Origin: an uncultured Armatimonadetes bacterium
Lineage (GTDB): Bacteria > Armatimonadota > UBA5829 > DTJY01
NCBI GenBank assembly: GCA_963717145.1
Contig: OY970325.1
Span: 3,296,001-3,360,000 of the forward strand
DNA length: 64,000 nt
Reading direction: 5' to 3'
The translations under genes were made by a program, and so were the position numbers. The stretch's first letter is position 1; the number at the start of each line of letters is the position of its first letter. Shown here in pieces: positions 52,152-62,282 of this stretch. The notes beneath the pieces are model-generated. The model was not told where the DNA came from. It ran no database searches and worked only from the letters and a program-made list of their open reading frames with translations.

Positions 52152-54149
52152 ATGAGCAAGCTCGCATGGGGAATCATCAGCACCGGCCGAATCGCCGGGG
52201 TCTTCGCGAACGGCGTCAAGGGCTCGGAGACCGGCGAACTCCTGGCCGTCGCCAGCCGCAATCAGGAATCCGCTGACAAGTTCGGCGACGAGCATGAAAT
52301 TCCGCGCCGCTACTGGAGCTACGACGCCATGCTCGCCGACGCCGACGTACAGGCGGTCTATATCGCCACTCCGCATCCGATGCACGCCGAGTGGGCGATC
52401 AAGGCCGCGGAGGCCGGGAAGCATATCCTCTGCGAGAAGCCGCTCACACTCGATTACGCGCAGGCGGTGGCCGTCGTCGATGCCGCACGCAGGAACGACG
52501 TGTTCCTCATGGAAGCCTTCATGTATCTCACCCATCCGCATACGGCGAAGCTCTACGAGGTGGTCAGGAGCGGGGCGATCGGCCAGGTCAAAGTGATCCA
52601 GGCGACGTTCAGCTTCCACGCCGGGTTCAACCCCGAGGCCCGGCTCTTCAAGAATGCGCTCGGCGGAGGAGGGATCCTCGACGTCGGATCGTATGCGACC
52701 TCATTCGCGCGACTGATCGCCGGCGCGGCGAACGGGAAGCCGTATGACGAGCCGATCGAGGTCAAGGCAATCGGTCACATCGGCGAGACCGGCGCGGACG
52801 AATACACGATCGGCGTCATGCGATTCCCCAACGACATCCTCGCCCAGGTAGCGACCGGAGTGCGGCTCAACCAGGAGAACGTCTGCCGCATCTTCGGCGA
52901 CGAGGGCAACATATTCGTCCCCGCGCCGTGGAATCCGACGCGCGATCCCGGTACCGCGAAGTTCATCGTCAACCGCAATGGCAAAGAGCCGGAAGAAGTG
53001 CTCGTCGAAGCCACGAAATTCCTCTATGCCTACGAGGCCGATGCCGTCGCCGCCGGGATCAAGGACCGCCAGGCCGCTCATCCCTGCATGACCCCCGAGG
53101 ACTCGCTCGGCAACATGAGGGCGTGCGACCTCTGGCGCAGTGCGATCGGCCAGATCTACGACATCGAGAAGGCCGACGCCGATTTCCCGACCGCCGACGG
53201 ACGCCCGCTCGCCGCCCGAGCCGACAAGAAGATGGACTACGGCATCATCCCCGGCCTCGACAAGCCGGTCTCGCGGGAGGTCATGGGCATCGCGGTGGCT
53301 CAGCCGCCGTATGCGCTCGCTTACGCATCCATCATGTACGACGAGTTCTTCCGCAACGGGGGCAACTGCTTCGATACGGCATATATCTACGGCGGCGGGC
53401 AGATGGATCGCTTGCTCGGCCAGTGGATCAAGAACCGGGGCGTCCGGGAGCAGGTCGTCACCCTCTGCAAGGGCGCGCACACTCCGAACTGCAATCCGGC
53501 CGACCTGACATCGCAGCTCATCGAGAGCCTCGAGCGGATGCAGACCGACTACACGGACATCTATATGATGCACCGCGACAACACGGAGATCCCTGTCGGC
53601 GAGTTCATCGACGTGCTGAACGAGCATCAGCGCGCGGGCCGGATGCGGGTCTTCGGGGCGTCGAACTGGACCATCGAGCGCATCGAGGAAGCCAATGCTT
53701 ACGCACAGTCGAAGGGCCTCAACTCATTCGCCGCGATCAGCAACAACTTCAGCCTCGCGCGGATGATCGAGGCGCCATGGGCGGGCTGCCTCTCGTCGTC
53801 CGATCCGGCGTCGAGGGAGTGGTTCGAGAAGACGCAGACGCCGCTGATGTCGTGGTCGAGCCTCGGGAAGGGCTTCTTCGTCTGGGGTGACCGCGAGAAC
53901 CTCTCGAACCAGGAGATCGTCCGCTGCTGGTACTCGGAGGACAACTTCAAGCGGCTCGATCGTACAAGGGAATTGGCGGCGAAGAAGGGAGTGCAGCCGG
54001 TGCAGATCGCGCTCGCCTGGGTACTCCGTCAGCCGTTCCCGACCTTCGCGCTCGTCGGCCCGGGAAACCTCTCGGAGCTGCACACCTCGATCGACGCGCT
54101 CGACATCGACCTCACGCCGGAAGAGGTCAAGTGGCTCAACCTGGAGTGA
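52152..54149 (+). CDS. Gfo/Idh/MocA oxidoreductase fused to aldo/keto reductase
   Basis: WGIISTGRIA, GKHILCEKP, GGGILDVGSY; then FDTAYIYG, YMMHRD, FGASNW. Confidence 0.92.
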   Translation: MSKLAWGIISTGRIAGVFANGVKGSETGELLAVASRNQESADKFGDEHEIPRRYWSYDAMLADADVQAVYIATPHPMHAEWAIKAAEAGKHILCEKPLTLDYAQAVAVVDAARRNDVFLMEAFMYLTHPHTAKLYEVVRSGAIGQVKVIQATFSFHAGFNPEARLFKNALGGGGILDVGSYATSFARLIAGAANGKPYDEPIEVKAIGHIGETGADEYTIGVMRFPNDILAQVATGVRLNQENVCRIFGDEGNIFVPAPWNPTRDPGTAKFIVNRNGKEPEEVLVEATKFLYAYEADAVAAGIKDRQAAHPCMTPEDSLGNMRACDLWRSAIGQIYDIEKADADFPTADGRPLAARADKKMDYGIIPGLDKPVSREVMGIAVAQPPYALAYASIMYDEFFRNGGNCFDTAYIYGGGQMDRLLGQWIKNRGVREQVVTLCKGAHTPNCNPADLTSQLIESLERMQTDYTDIYMMHRDNTEIPVGEFIDVLNEHQRAGRMRVFGASNWTIERIEEANAYAQSKGLNSFAAISNNFSLARMIEAPWAGCLSSSDPASREWFEKTQTPLMSWSSLGKGFFVWGDRENLSNQEIVRCWYSEDNFKRLDRTRELAAKKGVQPVQIALAWVLRQPFPTFALVGPGNLSELHTSIDALDIDLTPEEVKWLNLE

Positions 54150-54225
54150 CGATATACGATACATACCACATTAGTGCCAGATACGTGGCTTCATGATGTA
54201 ATCGGCAAAGATTGCTGATAGGGTA

Positions 54226-54254
54226 TTGACAAACAATCCGTCATTCGTTATCAT
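54226..54254 (+). promoter_or_regulatory. Sigma70-like promoter
   Basis: TTGACA-17-TATCAT in an AT-rich intergenic region. Confidence 0.7.
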
Positions 54255-54330
54255 ATCGCGCCGGAATCATCGGCAGGTAAGAGGTAGTGAACGGAATGAC
54301 AGGCAATAGCCAAACTGAAAGGAGATCGTC

Positions 54331-55503
54331 ATGCCAGTATCAGCCGAACAGATTCAACGTATTGCCGGGCTCGAGCTTAGTGCGCTACGAGCGGCCGGAG
54401 TTCTGGGCGAGGAGTTCGAAGGGGTAAAGGTTCCCAGCCTTGGGACACCGATTCACGACATCAACGGCGCGCTGCTGTTTTACCGACTGCCGCTGAGTCG
54501 AGGTCGAACGACTGCCGGGTACGCCAACATTGCGGCCAATGAGGCTCTGGGCGAGCCGCTCCTGGCCGTCTCAATGGGCGCAGAATGGAAGGAAAAAGCA
54601 CTTCTCACGGCCGCAACCTCCGCGGCCCGCAAGGCTCAGCGCGGGCTCAAGTTCGATGCGGCCCGCTTCGTGGCCTACAGCTACCCCAAGGTAGCTGTCC
54701 AGTTCTTGCTGCAGGGGAAAGAAGCCCTGATGCTCGAGCTGTTCACCTGGGCAAAGGTCCCGACGGCGAGAACCGAAGGCCGCAAACCGCTCGAACCGTC
54801 GAACTTCGAGCGCTGGAGTCTGCTGGACGAGATGCCAAGAGAGATGCAGCAGTCCCGCACGCGCGGTTTCAAGAAGCGAATGGAACTGTGGGGAGGCGCA
54901 GAGACGTTCCGAGGCCCTGATGCGCAACTGGTAATGAGGGATGCATTCCTCAAGCTTCCTGGCTTCGCCATCAAACGGACAGACACCCGCGAGATCCACT
55001 ACTCATCGAGCGACATCGATCATCACCCGTGCTACGAGTTGCGGGGACAGCAAACAAACGTGTGGTGCGTCGGCGCGAGTTCCGAGATGCTGCTGAACTT
55101 CTACCGCTACTCGTATGACCAGGTCCGTCTGGCGCAGGAACTCGGGCTGGGGACGCCGGCCAACCCAAATGGTTTGCCGTACGCAAATGTCGGAAACGTT
55201 GTCACAGTGCTGGAGAGGCTCACCTCGAATGCACTGGATGTGACGATGCACACGAACCCGGGGTGGAACATATTCCGCGATGAGATTCGGGCGAACCGCC
55301 CTCTGATCAGCTTCATCCCCGGACATTCAAGAACAGTCGCGGGCTACACCACGACTCTCCTCATGCTGCCAAACCAGGTTGGCTTCACAGGCTTGCTGGT
55401 CTATGACCCCTGGCCGCCCAATCAAGGCGTGATCACTCGGTGGGAGAACTTCGCGACCCAGACGTACATGTGGGCCTACTCCTCCGTGCTGCAACACATA
55501 TGA
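54331..55503 (+). CDS. Papain-like cysteine peptidase (C39/C70-like) with long N-terminal region
   Basis: QQTNVWCVGAS (Gln/Cys), GHSRTVAGY (His), VYDPWP (Asp). Confidence 0.75.
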   Translation: MPVSAEQIQRIAGLELSALRAAGVLGEEFEGVKVPSLGTPIHDINGALLFYRLPLSRGRTTAGYANIAANEALGEPLLAVSMGAEWKEKALLTAATSAARKAQRGLKFDAARFVAYSYPKVAVQFLLQGKEALMLELFTWAKVPTARTEGRKPLEPSNFERWSLLDEMPREMQQSRTRGFKKRMELWGGAETFRGPDAQLVMRDAFLKLPGFAIKRTDTREIHYSSSDIDHHPCYELRGQQTNVWCVGASSEMLLNFYRYSYDQVRLAQELGLGTPANPNGLPYANVGNVVTVLERLTSNALDVTMHTNPGWNIFRDEIRANRPLISFIPGHSRTVAGYTTTLLMLPNQVGFTGLLVYDPWPPNQGVITRWENFATQTYMWAYSSVLQHI

Positions 55504-55997
55504 TTGATGGAATGCCGACTGAACGCGATGCGGAGATGATCAGCGAGACGTCTCGTCAGCTCCTCGCCAGAGGCGATGTAGGTGATGAGCAGTTGCACCG
55601 ATCCGGAACCGTCGCCGGCGCGATTCCCATAATCGCGCCGGGCGGCGGTCTGCACGGGTGGTTTGTACCGGTGACCGTCGGCGACCGGCTCGCGGCGTTC
55701 TTTCAGTTCCTTCGCGACGGCACGCTGACGCGCTTCTCATCGTTTCAGCGGAGACCCGGAGAGTGCGGAGACTGTCCGTTGTCAGCGGACTGGATCGACC
55801 GCGAGCGGATCAAAGGGCGCGCCGAGGTGCAGCGGATGGAAGATGAGACTGCCGGCGAGCCCTTTCTCTCATTCGACAGGTCGCCGGACCGACTGGTCTG
55901 GGCGGTTCGAATGACGGACCGGAGCGGCAAGGAGCGGCTGGTGTACATCGTCGGCGACACTGTATACACACCGCCTCCAGGGGACACGATCGGCTGA
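55500..55997 (+). CDS. Hypothetical protein translationally coupled to the peptidase
   Basis: ATGA overlap with the peptidase stop; PFLSFDRSPDRLVWAV. Confidence 0.7.
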   Translation: MIDGMPTERDAEMISETSRQLLARGDVGDEQLHRSGTVAGAIPIIAPGGGLHGWFVPVTVGDRLAAFFQFLRDGTLTRFSSFQRRPGECGDCPLSADWIDRERIKGRAEVQRMEDETAGEPFLSFDRSPDRLVWAVRMTDRSGKERLVYIVGDTVYTPPPGDTIG

Positions 55998-56033
55998 CGG
56001 ATGGCCGAAGCCGGCAGGGGCAAGACCAGCGTG

Positions 56034-56771
56034 CTAGCCCGTGAGGAGCACGTCGCCGGCCGTGAGTTCCTTCCGCGAACCGTCCGAGAGCCGGACCTTC
56101 AGGTTGCCGAGGGGAGTTACCTCGACCGCGGTGCCCTTGACGACGCCGTCCGCCGTCTGGACTTCGACTTCCCGACCGACCGTGCAGTCATACTGCATCC
56201 ATGAGTTGAGTATCGGACGGAAACCCTCCGCCAGGTACTGCTCATAGCGCCGTCGAACCGATTCGAGCAGCATGCGTTCGACCACTCGTATGGAAATGGC
56301 TTCCCCCTTTTCGGCGGCTATCGAGGTCGCCCTGTCAGCGATCTCGGGAGGGAACTCCAGGGTGTTCACGTTGATGCCGATCCCAACGACGACTGCGGGC
56401 TCCGGGCTCGACGGCGATCTTCCGGACTCGATGAGGATGCCGCACAGCTTACTGCCGTTGAGCAGGACGTCGTTCGGCCACTTGATCTGCGGCTCGAGGC
56501 GGGCTGACCACCTGATCGCTTCGGCCGCCGCGAGGGATGCGACGAATGCGAGCTGCCAGACCTTGCTCGACGGGACGCTTGGCCGGAGCACGACGCTGAG
56601 GTAGAGACCTGTGCCCGGCGGCGAGATCCACTGGCGGCCTCGACGTCCCCGTCCGCCGATCTGCTCGTCCGCGACGACGACCGTGCCCTCGGGCGCTCCC
56701 TCCTCGATCATTCCGAGGGCCACGTCGTTGGTCGAGGTGACTGTTTCAAGGCGATGGATGGTGTATTGCAT
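56034..56771 (-). CDS. birA: Biotin--protein ligase (no HTH)
   Basis: STND, ADEQ..GRGRRGRQWISPPG, IKWPNDV, KLCGILIE, GIGINVN. Confidence 0.95.
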   Translation of the reverse strand: MQYTIHRLETVTSTNDVALGMIEEGAPEGTVVVADEQIGGRGRRGRQWISPPGTGLYLSVVLRPSVPSSKVWQLAFVASLAAAEAIRWSARLEPQIKWPNDVLLNGSKLCGILIESGRSPSSPEPAVVVGIGINVNTLEFPPEIADRATSIAAEKGEAISIRVVERMLLESVRRRYEQYLAEGFRPILNSWMQYDCTVGREVEVQTADGVVKGTAVEVTPLGNLKVRLSDGSRKELTAGDVLLTG

Positions 56772-56863
56772 TGGCAGAGTTTTCGAGTGTGGGAGTGTGG
56801 GAGTGTGGGAGTATGGGGGTTTTGCTCTCCCACACTCCCATTCTCCCATACTCCCACACTCTG

Positions 56864-57892
56864 CTAACCGGCGATCTCGAGGCTGAGGTCGAGCGCCTTG
56901 ACCGAGTGGGTGAGCGCTCCCACTGAGATGACATCCACGCCGGTTTGAGCGATCTTCAGGACAGTCTCTTCCGTGACGCTGCCGGATGCCTCGGTGATCG
57001 CCCTTCCCCTGCACATCTCGACCGCCTTCTTGAGATTGGCCGTGCTCATGTTATCGAGCAGGATGATGTCCGCACTGACTTCGAGCGCCTGCTCGACCTG
57101 CGCGAGGGTGTCGGCCTCGACCTCGATCTTGACCATCGGCGATGCGCCGGCTCTAGCAGCCAGGATCGCCTCCTTGATTCCGCCCGCCGCCCGAATGTGA
57201 TTATCCTTGATCAACACGGCGTCGTAGAGGCCGAATCGGTGGTTCTGGCCTCCGCCCATGCGGACGGCATACTTTTCGAGCATGCGCAGGCCGGGAGTGG
57301 TCTTCCGCGTATCGACGATCAATGCATCGGTCTCACCCACCAGGCTCACCAATCCCGCGGTCCTGGTGGCGATTCCTGAGAGCCGCTGCAGGAAGTTCAG
57401 GGCCGTCCGCTCGGCGGTCAGGATGGCGGCGGTCGGACCGGTGACCTCGGCAATGGGGTCGCCCGCCTGCACCATCGATCCGTCCGCGACTTCGGGCCGG
57501 AAGATCACGGACCGCTCCTGCTGTTCGAGCGCCTTCCGCTTGGGCGACGGTCCGCCGGTGACTTGAATCGGGGGCTGTCCGAGGTGCTTGGCAGTAATGC
57601 GGATCGGTTTCCCGGCCTGCGTCGGGCCTTCCACCTGAACGGCCGGACCGCGAGCGGGGCGCATCCGCTTGAGGACCATCATATTCCCGGTGGAGTAGCT
57701 GTCGGCGACCAACTGGAAGCATGCGGCGGCAACCGGGAGGCCGGCGATGATCCCTTCTTCATTGGCGATGATATGTGCTGTGCACAGCGAGATCGGAGGA
57801 ACGATGAGGGAGGTCGTGATGTCGCCGCCCCCGATGTCCTCGATCAGTGCTCGCCGGACGATTTCTTCGACTTCAAGGAAGTTCAAGTTCAT
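56864..57892 (-). CDS. nadC: Nicotinate-nucleotide pyrophosphorylase (with internal insertion)
   Basis: ED..GDITT, ERTALNFLQRLSGIAT, DTRKTTPGLR, NHRFGL, IKDNH, LLDNM. Confidence 0.95.
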   Translation of the reverse strand: MNLNFLEVEEIVRRALIEDIGGGDITTSLIVPPISLCTAHIIANEEGIIAGLPVAAACFQLVADSYSTGNMMVLKRMRPARGPAVQVEGPTQAGKPIRITAKHLGQPPIQVTGGPSPKRKALEQQERSVIFRPEVADGSMVQAGDPIAEVTGPTAAILTAERTALNFLQRLSGIATRTAGLVSLVGETDALIVDTRKTTPGLRMLEKYAVRMGGGQNHRFGLYDAVLIKDNHIRAAGGIKEAILAARAGASPMVKIEVEADTLAQVEQALEVSADIILLDNMSTANLKKAVEMCRGRAITEASGSVTEETVLKIAQTGVDVISVGALTHSVKALDLSLEIAG

Positions 57893-57904
57893 TCAAAGTC
57901 ACCT

Positions 57905-58063
57905 GTAGTGGCCGTGCCTCAGTGCCGGCCAAGGCTTGCCAAGAGCCTTCCGTAGTGGCCGTGCCTCAGTGCCGGCCAAGGCTTGCCAAGAGCCTTCCGT
58001 AGTGGCCGTGCCTCAGGGCCGGCCATGCCACATCGATGGCCGGCACGGAGGCACGGCCACTAC
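57905..58063. repeat. REP cluster: three direct GTAGTGGCC units (47-bp period) and one inverted unit
   Basis: Direct inspection. Confidence 0.9.
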
Positions 58064-58107
58064 ATGCCGAGTACGATGAGGAGTACGAGTACGAAACCCC
58101 TTGACTC

Positions 58108-59037
58108 CTACCCAATCTCGATCATCCGCTGGATCGCTCCGCGGGCTCTATCCATAGTATCGGCAGAAATATCGATCGGGTACTGCATATCTTCGAGCGA
58201 CCATGCAAGTTTTTCGAGCGTGGTCAGCTTCATGTTCGGGCAGATCGTCCACTCCGTCGGCGCATAGAAGTGCTTGCCGGGGTTGTCCTGGTACATGCGA
58301 TGGAGGACGCCCTTCTCCGTGCCGACGATGAACTCCCTGTGCGGGTCCTCGTTCGCGAATCGGATCATCCCCGACGTGCTGAACACGCCGTCCGCGAGTT
58401 GAATGACCGCGCGAGTACACTCCGGATGCACCATGATGTACGCGTCCGGGTGCTCGGCCTTCTGCTTGAGGATGTCCTCCGGCCGGATCCGCTGGTGAGT
58501 CGGGCAGAAACCGGGATACAGGATGATCTTCTTCGATGTCTTCGATTGCACGTAGTCCCCGAGGCACTTGTCGGGCACGAAGATGACCTCGTCGGCGTCG
58601 AGCGATTCGACGACCTTGACCGCGTTGGCCGACGTGCAGCAGATGTCGCTCTCGGCCTTCACCTCGGCGGATGTGTTCACGTATGCGACGACCGGCCTGC
58701 CGGGATACTGCTCTCTAAGCTTGATGACTTGCTCGGCAGTGATCATATCCGCCATCGGGCATCCGGCCTTCAGGTCGGGCAGCAGGACTGTCTTCGCCGG
58801 CGAGAGTATCTTCGCGGTCTCGGCCATGAAGTGGACGCCGCAGAAGACGATCACTTCGGCCCTGGTCTCGGCGGCTTTCCGGCTGAGTTCGAGGGAATCG
58901 CCGGTGAAATCGGCGATGTCCTGGACCTCGCCGAGCTGATAGTTGTGCGCGAGGATGACCGCGTTGGCCCCGGTCCGCATCCAGTCGATCTTCTCGATCA
59001 GCTCGATGGTCGTGTCTACGATGCCTTTCGATGTCAT
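58108..59037 (-). CDS. nadA: Quinolinate synthase
   Basis: ILAHNYQ, GDSLELS, FCGVHFMAETAKIL, GCPMAD, YVNTSA, HPEC, CPNMK. Confidence 0.96.
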   Translation of the reverse strand: MTSKGIVDTTIELIEKIDWMRTGANAVILAHNYQLGEVQDIADFTGDSLELSRKAAETRAEVIVFCGVHFMAETAKILSPAKTVLLPDLKAGCPMADMITAEQVIKLREQYPGRPVVAYVNTSAEVKAESDICCTSANAVKVVESLDADEVIFVPDKCLGDYVQSKTSKKIILYPGFCPTHQRIRPEDILKQKAEHPDAYIMVHPECTRAVIQLADGVFSTSGMIRFANEDPHREFIVGTEKGVLHRMYQDNPGKHFYAPTEWTICPNMKLTTLEKLAWSLEDMQYPIDISADTMDRARGAIQRMIEIG

Positions 59038-59052
59038 CAGTTCCTCACGGAT

Positions 59053-60435
59053 TCACTTCCTGCGCTTGAAATCGCCGATCGCCAACTCGACCGCTTTGAA
59101 CAGGGATTCGACGCCCTGGACCTTGATGCCTCCATTGGCGGTCGCTCGCGACACGCCGTGCGACGAGGTGATGACGCGCTCGAAGCCGAGCCTCGCCGCC
59201 TCGTTCACCCGCTTCTCGAGCTGGTGGACGCCCCTGACCTCGCCCGCGAGACCGATCTCGCCGACGAGGACGGTATTCGGGTCGACGGGCAGGTCCTTCA
59301 GGTTCGAGGCGACCGCCACCGCGATCGCCAGATCGAGCGCCGGCTCCATGACCTTCACGCCGCCCGCGACGTTCACGTATACATCCTTGTTCGCCAGACT
59401 GAGGCCGACCCGCTTCTCGAGCACCGCCAGAATCAACATCGCGCGGTTGTAATCGACGCCGGTCGCCATCCGCCTTGGACTTGCGAAGTAGGACGGGGCC
59501 ACGAGCGCCTGGACTTCGACCAGCAGCGGCCGAGTGCCCTCGATCGTCGAGGCGACGACGGACCCCGGTCCGTGCAGAGGCCGCTCCGAGAGCAGAATCT
59601 CCGACGGGTTGCTGACCTCTTGCAGGCCGTCCTCCCGCATCTCGAAGATTCCCAGTTCGTCGGTCGATCCGAACCTGTTTTTCACCGCGCGGAGGATTCT
59701 GTACGTCTGATGCCGGTCGCCCTCGAAGTAGAGGACCGTATCCACCATATGTTCGAGCACCCTCGGGCCGGCGATCGCGCCTTCCTTGGTCACGTGGCCG
59801 ACGATGAACACCGGCGTCTGAGTGCTCTTCGCCATCCGAGTGAGGATGCTCGTGCACGAGCGCACCTGGCTCACGGTGGCGGGCGCGGACTCGAGATTCG
59901 GGTCGTACATCGTCTGGATCGAGTCGACGATCACCGCGCCGGGGTTGAGCGAGCTGATGCACGCCTCGATCTGGTCCATATTCGTCTCGGCGACGAGATA
60001 CAGCGTGTCGGTCGAGATGCCGAGCCGGTTGGCGCGAAGCTTGATCTGCTCGACGGATTCCTCGCCGGAGATGTAAAGGGTGATCTGCCCGGCGCGGCTG
60101 AGGTTGTCCGCCGCCTGAGTGAGGATCGTCGATTTCCCGATGCCCGGATCGCCGCCGATCAGCACGACCGAGCCGGGGACGATCCCGCCGCCGAGGACCC
60201 GGTCGAACTCGCCGATGCCGGTCGCATGGCGGGCGTGCTCGCCGGAGGTGATCTGATTGATCGGCCTCGGGGCATTGTAGACGGCGGCGGGCTGACGACT
60301 GCTGGAGGCGCTGACCCGCGTCACTACCTCCTCGGAGAAGGTGTTCCACTGGTCGCAGTCGGGGCACCGTCCGAGCCACTTGAGGGACTCGCAGCCGCAT
60401 TGCTGGCAGACATATTTGGTCTGAGTCTTCGCCAT
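59053..60435 (-). CDS. radA: DNA repair protein RadA/Sms
   Basis: CQQCG..KWLGRCPDC, GDPGIGKST, KNRFG, EGTRPLLVEVQAL. Confidence 0.97.
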   Translation of the reverse strand: MAKTQTKYVCQQCGCESLKWLGRCPDCDQWNTFSEEVVTRVSASSSRQPAAVYNAPRPINQITSGEHARHATGIGEFDRVLGGGIVPGSVVLIGGDPGIGKSTILTQAADNLSRAGQITLYISGEESVEQIKLRANRLGISTDTLYLVAETNMDQIEACISSLNPGAVIVDSIQTMYDPNLESAPATVSQVRSCTSILTRMAKSTQTPVFIVGHVTKEGAIAGPRVLEHMVDTVLYFEGDRHQTYRILRAVKNRFGSTDELGIFEMREDGLQEVSNPSEILLSERPLHGPGSVVASTIEGTRPLLVEVQALVAPSYFASPRRMATGVDYNRAMLILAVLEKRVGLSLANKDVYVNVAGGVKVMEPALDLAIAVAVASNLKDLPVDPNTVLVGEIGLAGEVRGVHQLEKRVNEAARLGFERVITSSHGVSRATANGGIKVQGVESLFKAVELAIGDFKRRK

Positions 60436-60586
60436 GGTAGATCACATGATAACAGGTCGAGCGGTTTGGTTCAAACCGGGGGAAACACGAATAGCACGAA
60501 TCGACGAATGTACGAGTTATTCGTCCATTCGTGAGATTCGTGTTTCCCACGGAGGTTCGCCATTGACGAACATCTAACTGAGTTAT

Positions 60587-61387
60587 ATGTCGAGAATAGG
60601 TATCGCGATCTGGAATTTCGAGGGCGAGCGGCTGGGGCCGAAGCTGCGGTCGTTCGCGGAAATGGGCTATACGGCCGCGAGCATCAACAACCGCTCGCTC
60701 GATTCGCTCTCGGACGAGGAGGAGTCGGAGGCCGCTGGGGTTGCTCAGGAGTGTGACCTCGCGCTCACGTTTCACGGCGGGCTGCTCGATACCCCGGCGA
60801 TCGCACGGGCCGAGCGCATCGCCCGGTGGCACGAACGCACGGGCCGCGTCGCCAATACGTCCTATGACGTGCCCGGCGTGCCCGTCCCTGGATACTGCAA
60901 CCGGAAGGAACCCGAGCAGATATTCGGGGTGCTCGAGGACGTGCTGTCGGTCATGGCGGGAACAGGCGTGAGGGTCCTGATCGAGGACTGCCCGCTGTAC
61001 CCGAGTGACGCTGAGAGGATGCAGGGATGGACCGAAAAGCACCCGCACCTTGGCGTATTGATCGACCTGGGCCACATGAACCTCCGACTTCGAGAGCCGA
61101 GGCACGATCCCCAGCCGCTCAGACCGGGCGCGATCGAGGCCTATCTCAAAGGTGTACCCTGGAAGATAGAGGAAGTCCACGTTCACAGCAACGACGGAAC
61201 CAAAGATCAGCACGCGCCTCCCTATGCGCCGAACGCTGATATGGTCACAGCCGCCCGCGTGCTTCGAGAGATCGGATTTCAGGGCATTTCCACCATCGAG
61301 TTCGCGCCGTCGTGGTGCGGAATGGCGGAGGAGGAGATCATCCCGGCGTGCAGGAGATCGCTCGAGTTCTGGAGGGATCTCCTGTGA
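60587..61387 (+). CDS. Sugar phosphate isomerase/epimerase (AP_endonuc_2 TIM barrel)
   Basis: LIE, DLGH, EVHVHSNDG..DQH, TIE. Confidence 0.8.
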   Translation: MSRIGIAIWNFEGERLGPKLRSFAEMGYTAASINNRSLDSLSDEEESEAAGVAQECDLALTFHGGLLDTPAIARAERIARWHERTGRVANTSYDVPGVPVPGYCNRKEPEQIFGVLEDVLSVMAGTGVRVLIEDCPLYPSDAERMQGWTEKHPHLGVLIDLGHMNLRLREPRHDPQPLRPGAIEAYLKGVPWKIEEVHVHSNDGTKDQHAPPYAPNADMVTAARVLREIGFQGISTIEFAPSWCGMAEEEIIPACRRSLEFWRDLL

Positions 61388-62196
61388 ACTCGGGGTTTCT
61401 CATATCCTCGATCGCGTGGCAGGGAGTCCGGCATTCGGAGGCAATCTCGGCTGTCCGGGCGGCGGGCTTCGGCGGCGTCGAGATTCTCTGCAAGCCGGGG
61501 CATTTCGAATGCGGCAATCGAGCCCATGTCGAGGAGGTCGAAGCCGCGCTCAACGAGTGGCCGGACGCTGATGTGACGTTTCATGCGCCATTCTATGGTG
61601 TCGATCCCGCCTCATCCGATCCGGATGAATGGGATCACTCGATGCGGGAATTGATGCAGTCGCTGGAGGTTGCCTCTCTGCTTCGGGCCGGAAGCATGAC
61701 GGTTCACGTCAGAAGTGTGGAGCAGATGGGCCATTGGGACGATGCCAACCTCCACGCGATTCACCGGGCGCTCGAGCAACTCGTGCCGGCCGCGGCGGAG
61801 AGGAATGTGGCGCTCGCGGTGGAGAACTTCCCGCCTCCGTGTTTCACATCGGACGAACGGGACCTGCTGCAACTGATCGAGGCGTTCCCGTCGGCTGGGA
61901 CGTGCATCGACACCGGGCACGCACATCTCAACGGCAGAGTCGTCGAACTCGCCCGCGCGCTCGCGCCTCGGGCCCTTGCCGCTCACCTGCACGACAACTT
62001 CGGACGCGGGGGAGACAAGCACCTGGTTCCGGGTGAGGGCACGATCCCGTGGCGCGAACTGGTCGAAGCGTTCCGGACCGGCGGCTTTGCGGGCCAACGG
62101 GTGATCGAAGTCAATGCCGTCGGAACGCTCGGGGAGACGCTGGAGAAGGTGAAGACGGCGATCGTGGAAACGGGGCTGTCGGAACTCGCGGCGTAG
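61384..62196 (+). CDS. Sugar phosphate isomerase/epimerase (AP_endonuc_2)
   Basis: GTGA overlap; AGF.GVE, HAPF, AVEN, DTGHA, HLHDN...DKHLVPGEGTIPW. Confidence 0.85.
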   Translation: MNSGFLISSIAWQGVRHSEAISAVRAAGFGGVEILCKPGHFECGNRAHVEEVEAALNEWPDADVTFHAPFYGVDPASSDPDEWDHSMRELMQSLEVASLLRAGSMTVHVRSVEQMGHWDDANLHAIHRALEQLVPAAAERNVALAVENFPPPCFTSDERDLLQLIEAFPSAGTCIDTGHAHLNGRVVELARALAPRALAAHLHDNFGRGGDKHLVPGEGTIPWRELVEAFRTGGFAGQRVIEVNAVGTLGETLEKVKTAIVETGLSELAA

Positions 62197-62199
62197 GTC

Positions 62200-62261
62200 T
62201 GTAGGGGCGTGCCTTGTGCCGCCAGGTACCCGGCCCAGGCGGCACAAGGCACGCCCCTACA
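62200..62261. repeat. 62-bp intergenic copy of the GTAGGGGCGTGCCTTGTGCCGCC REPIN
   Basis: Same 24-bp arms, 14-bp loop. Confidence 0.92.
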
Positions 62262-62282
62262 GCAGATAGACAGGAGATGCGA

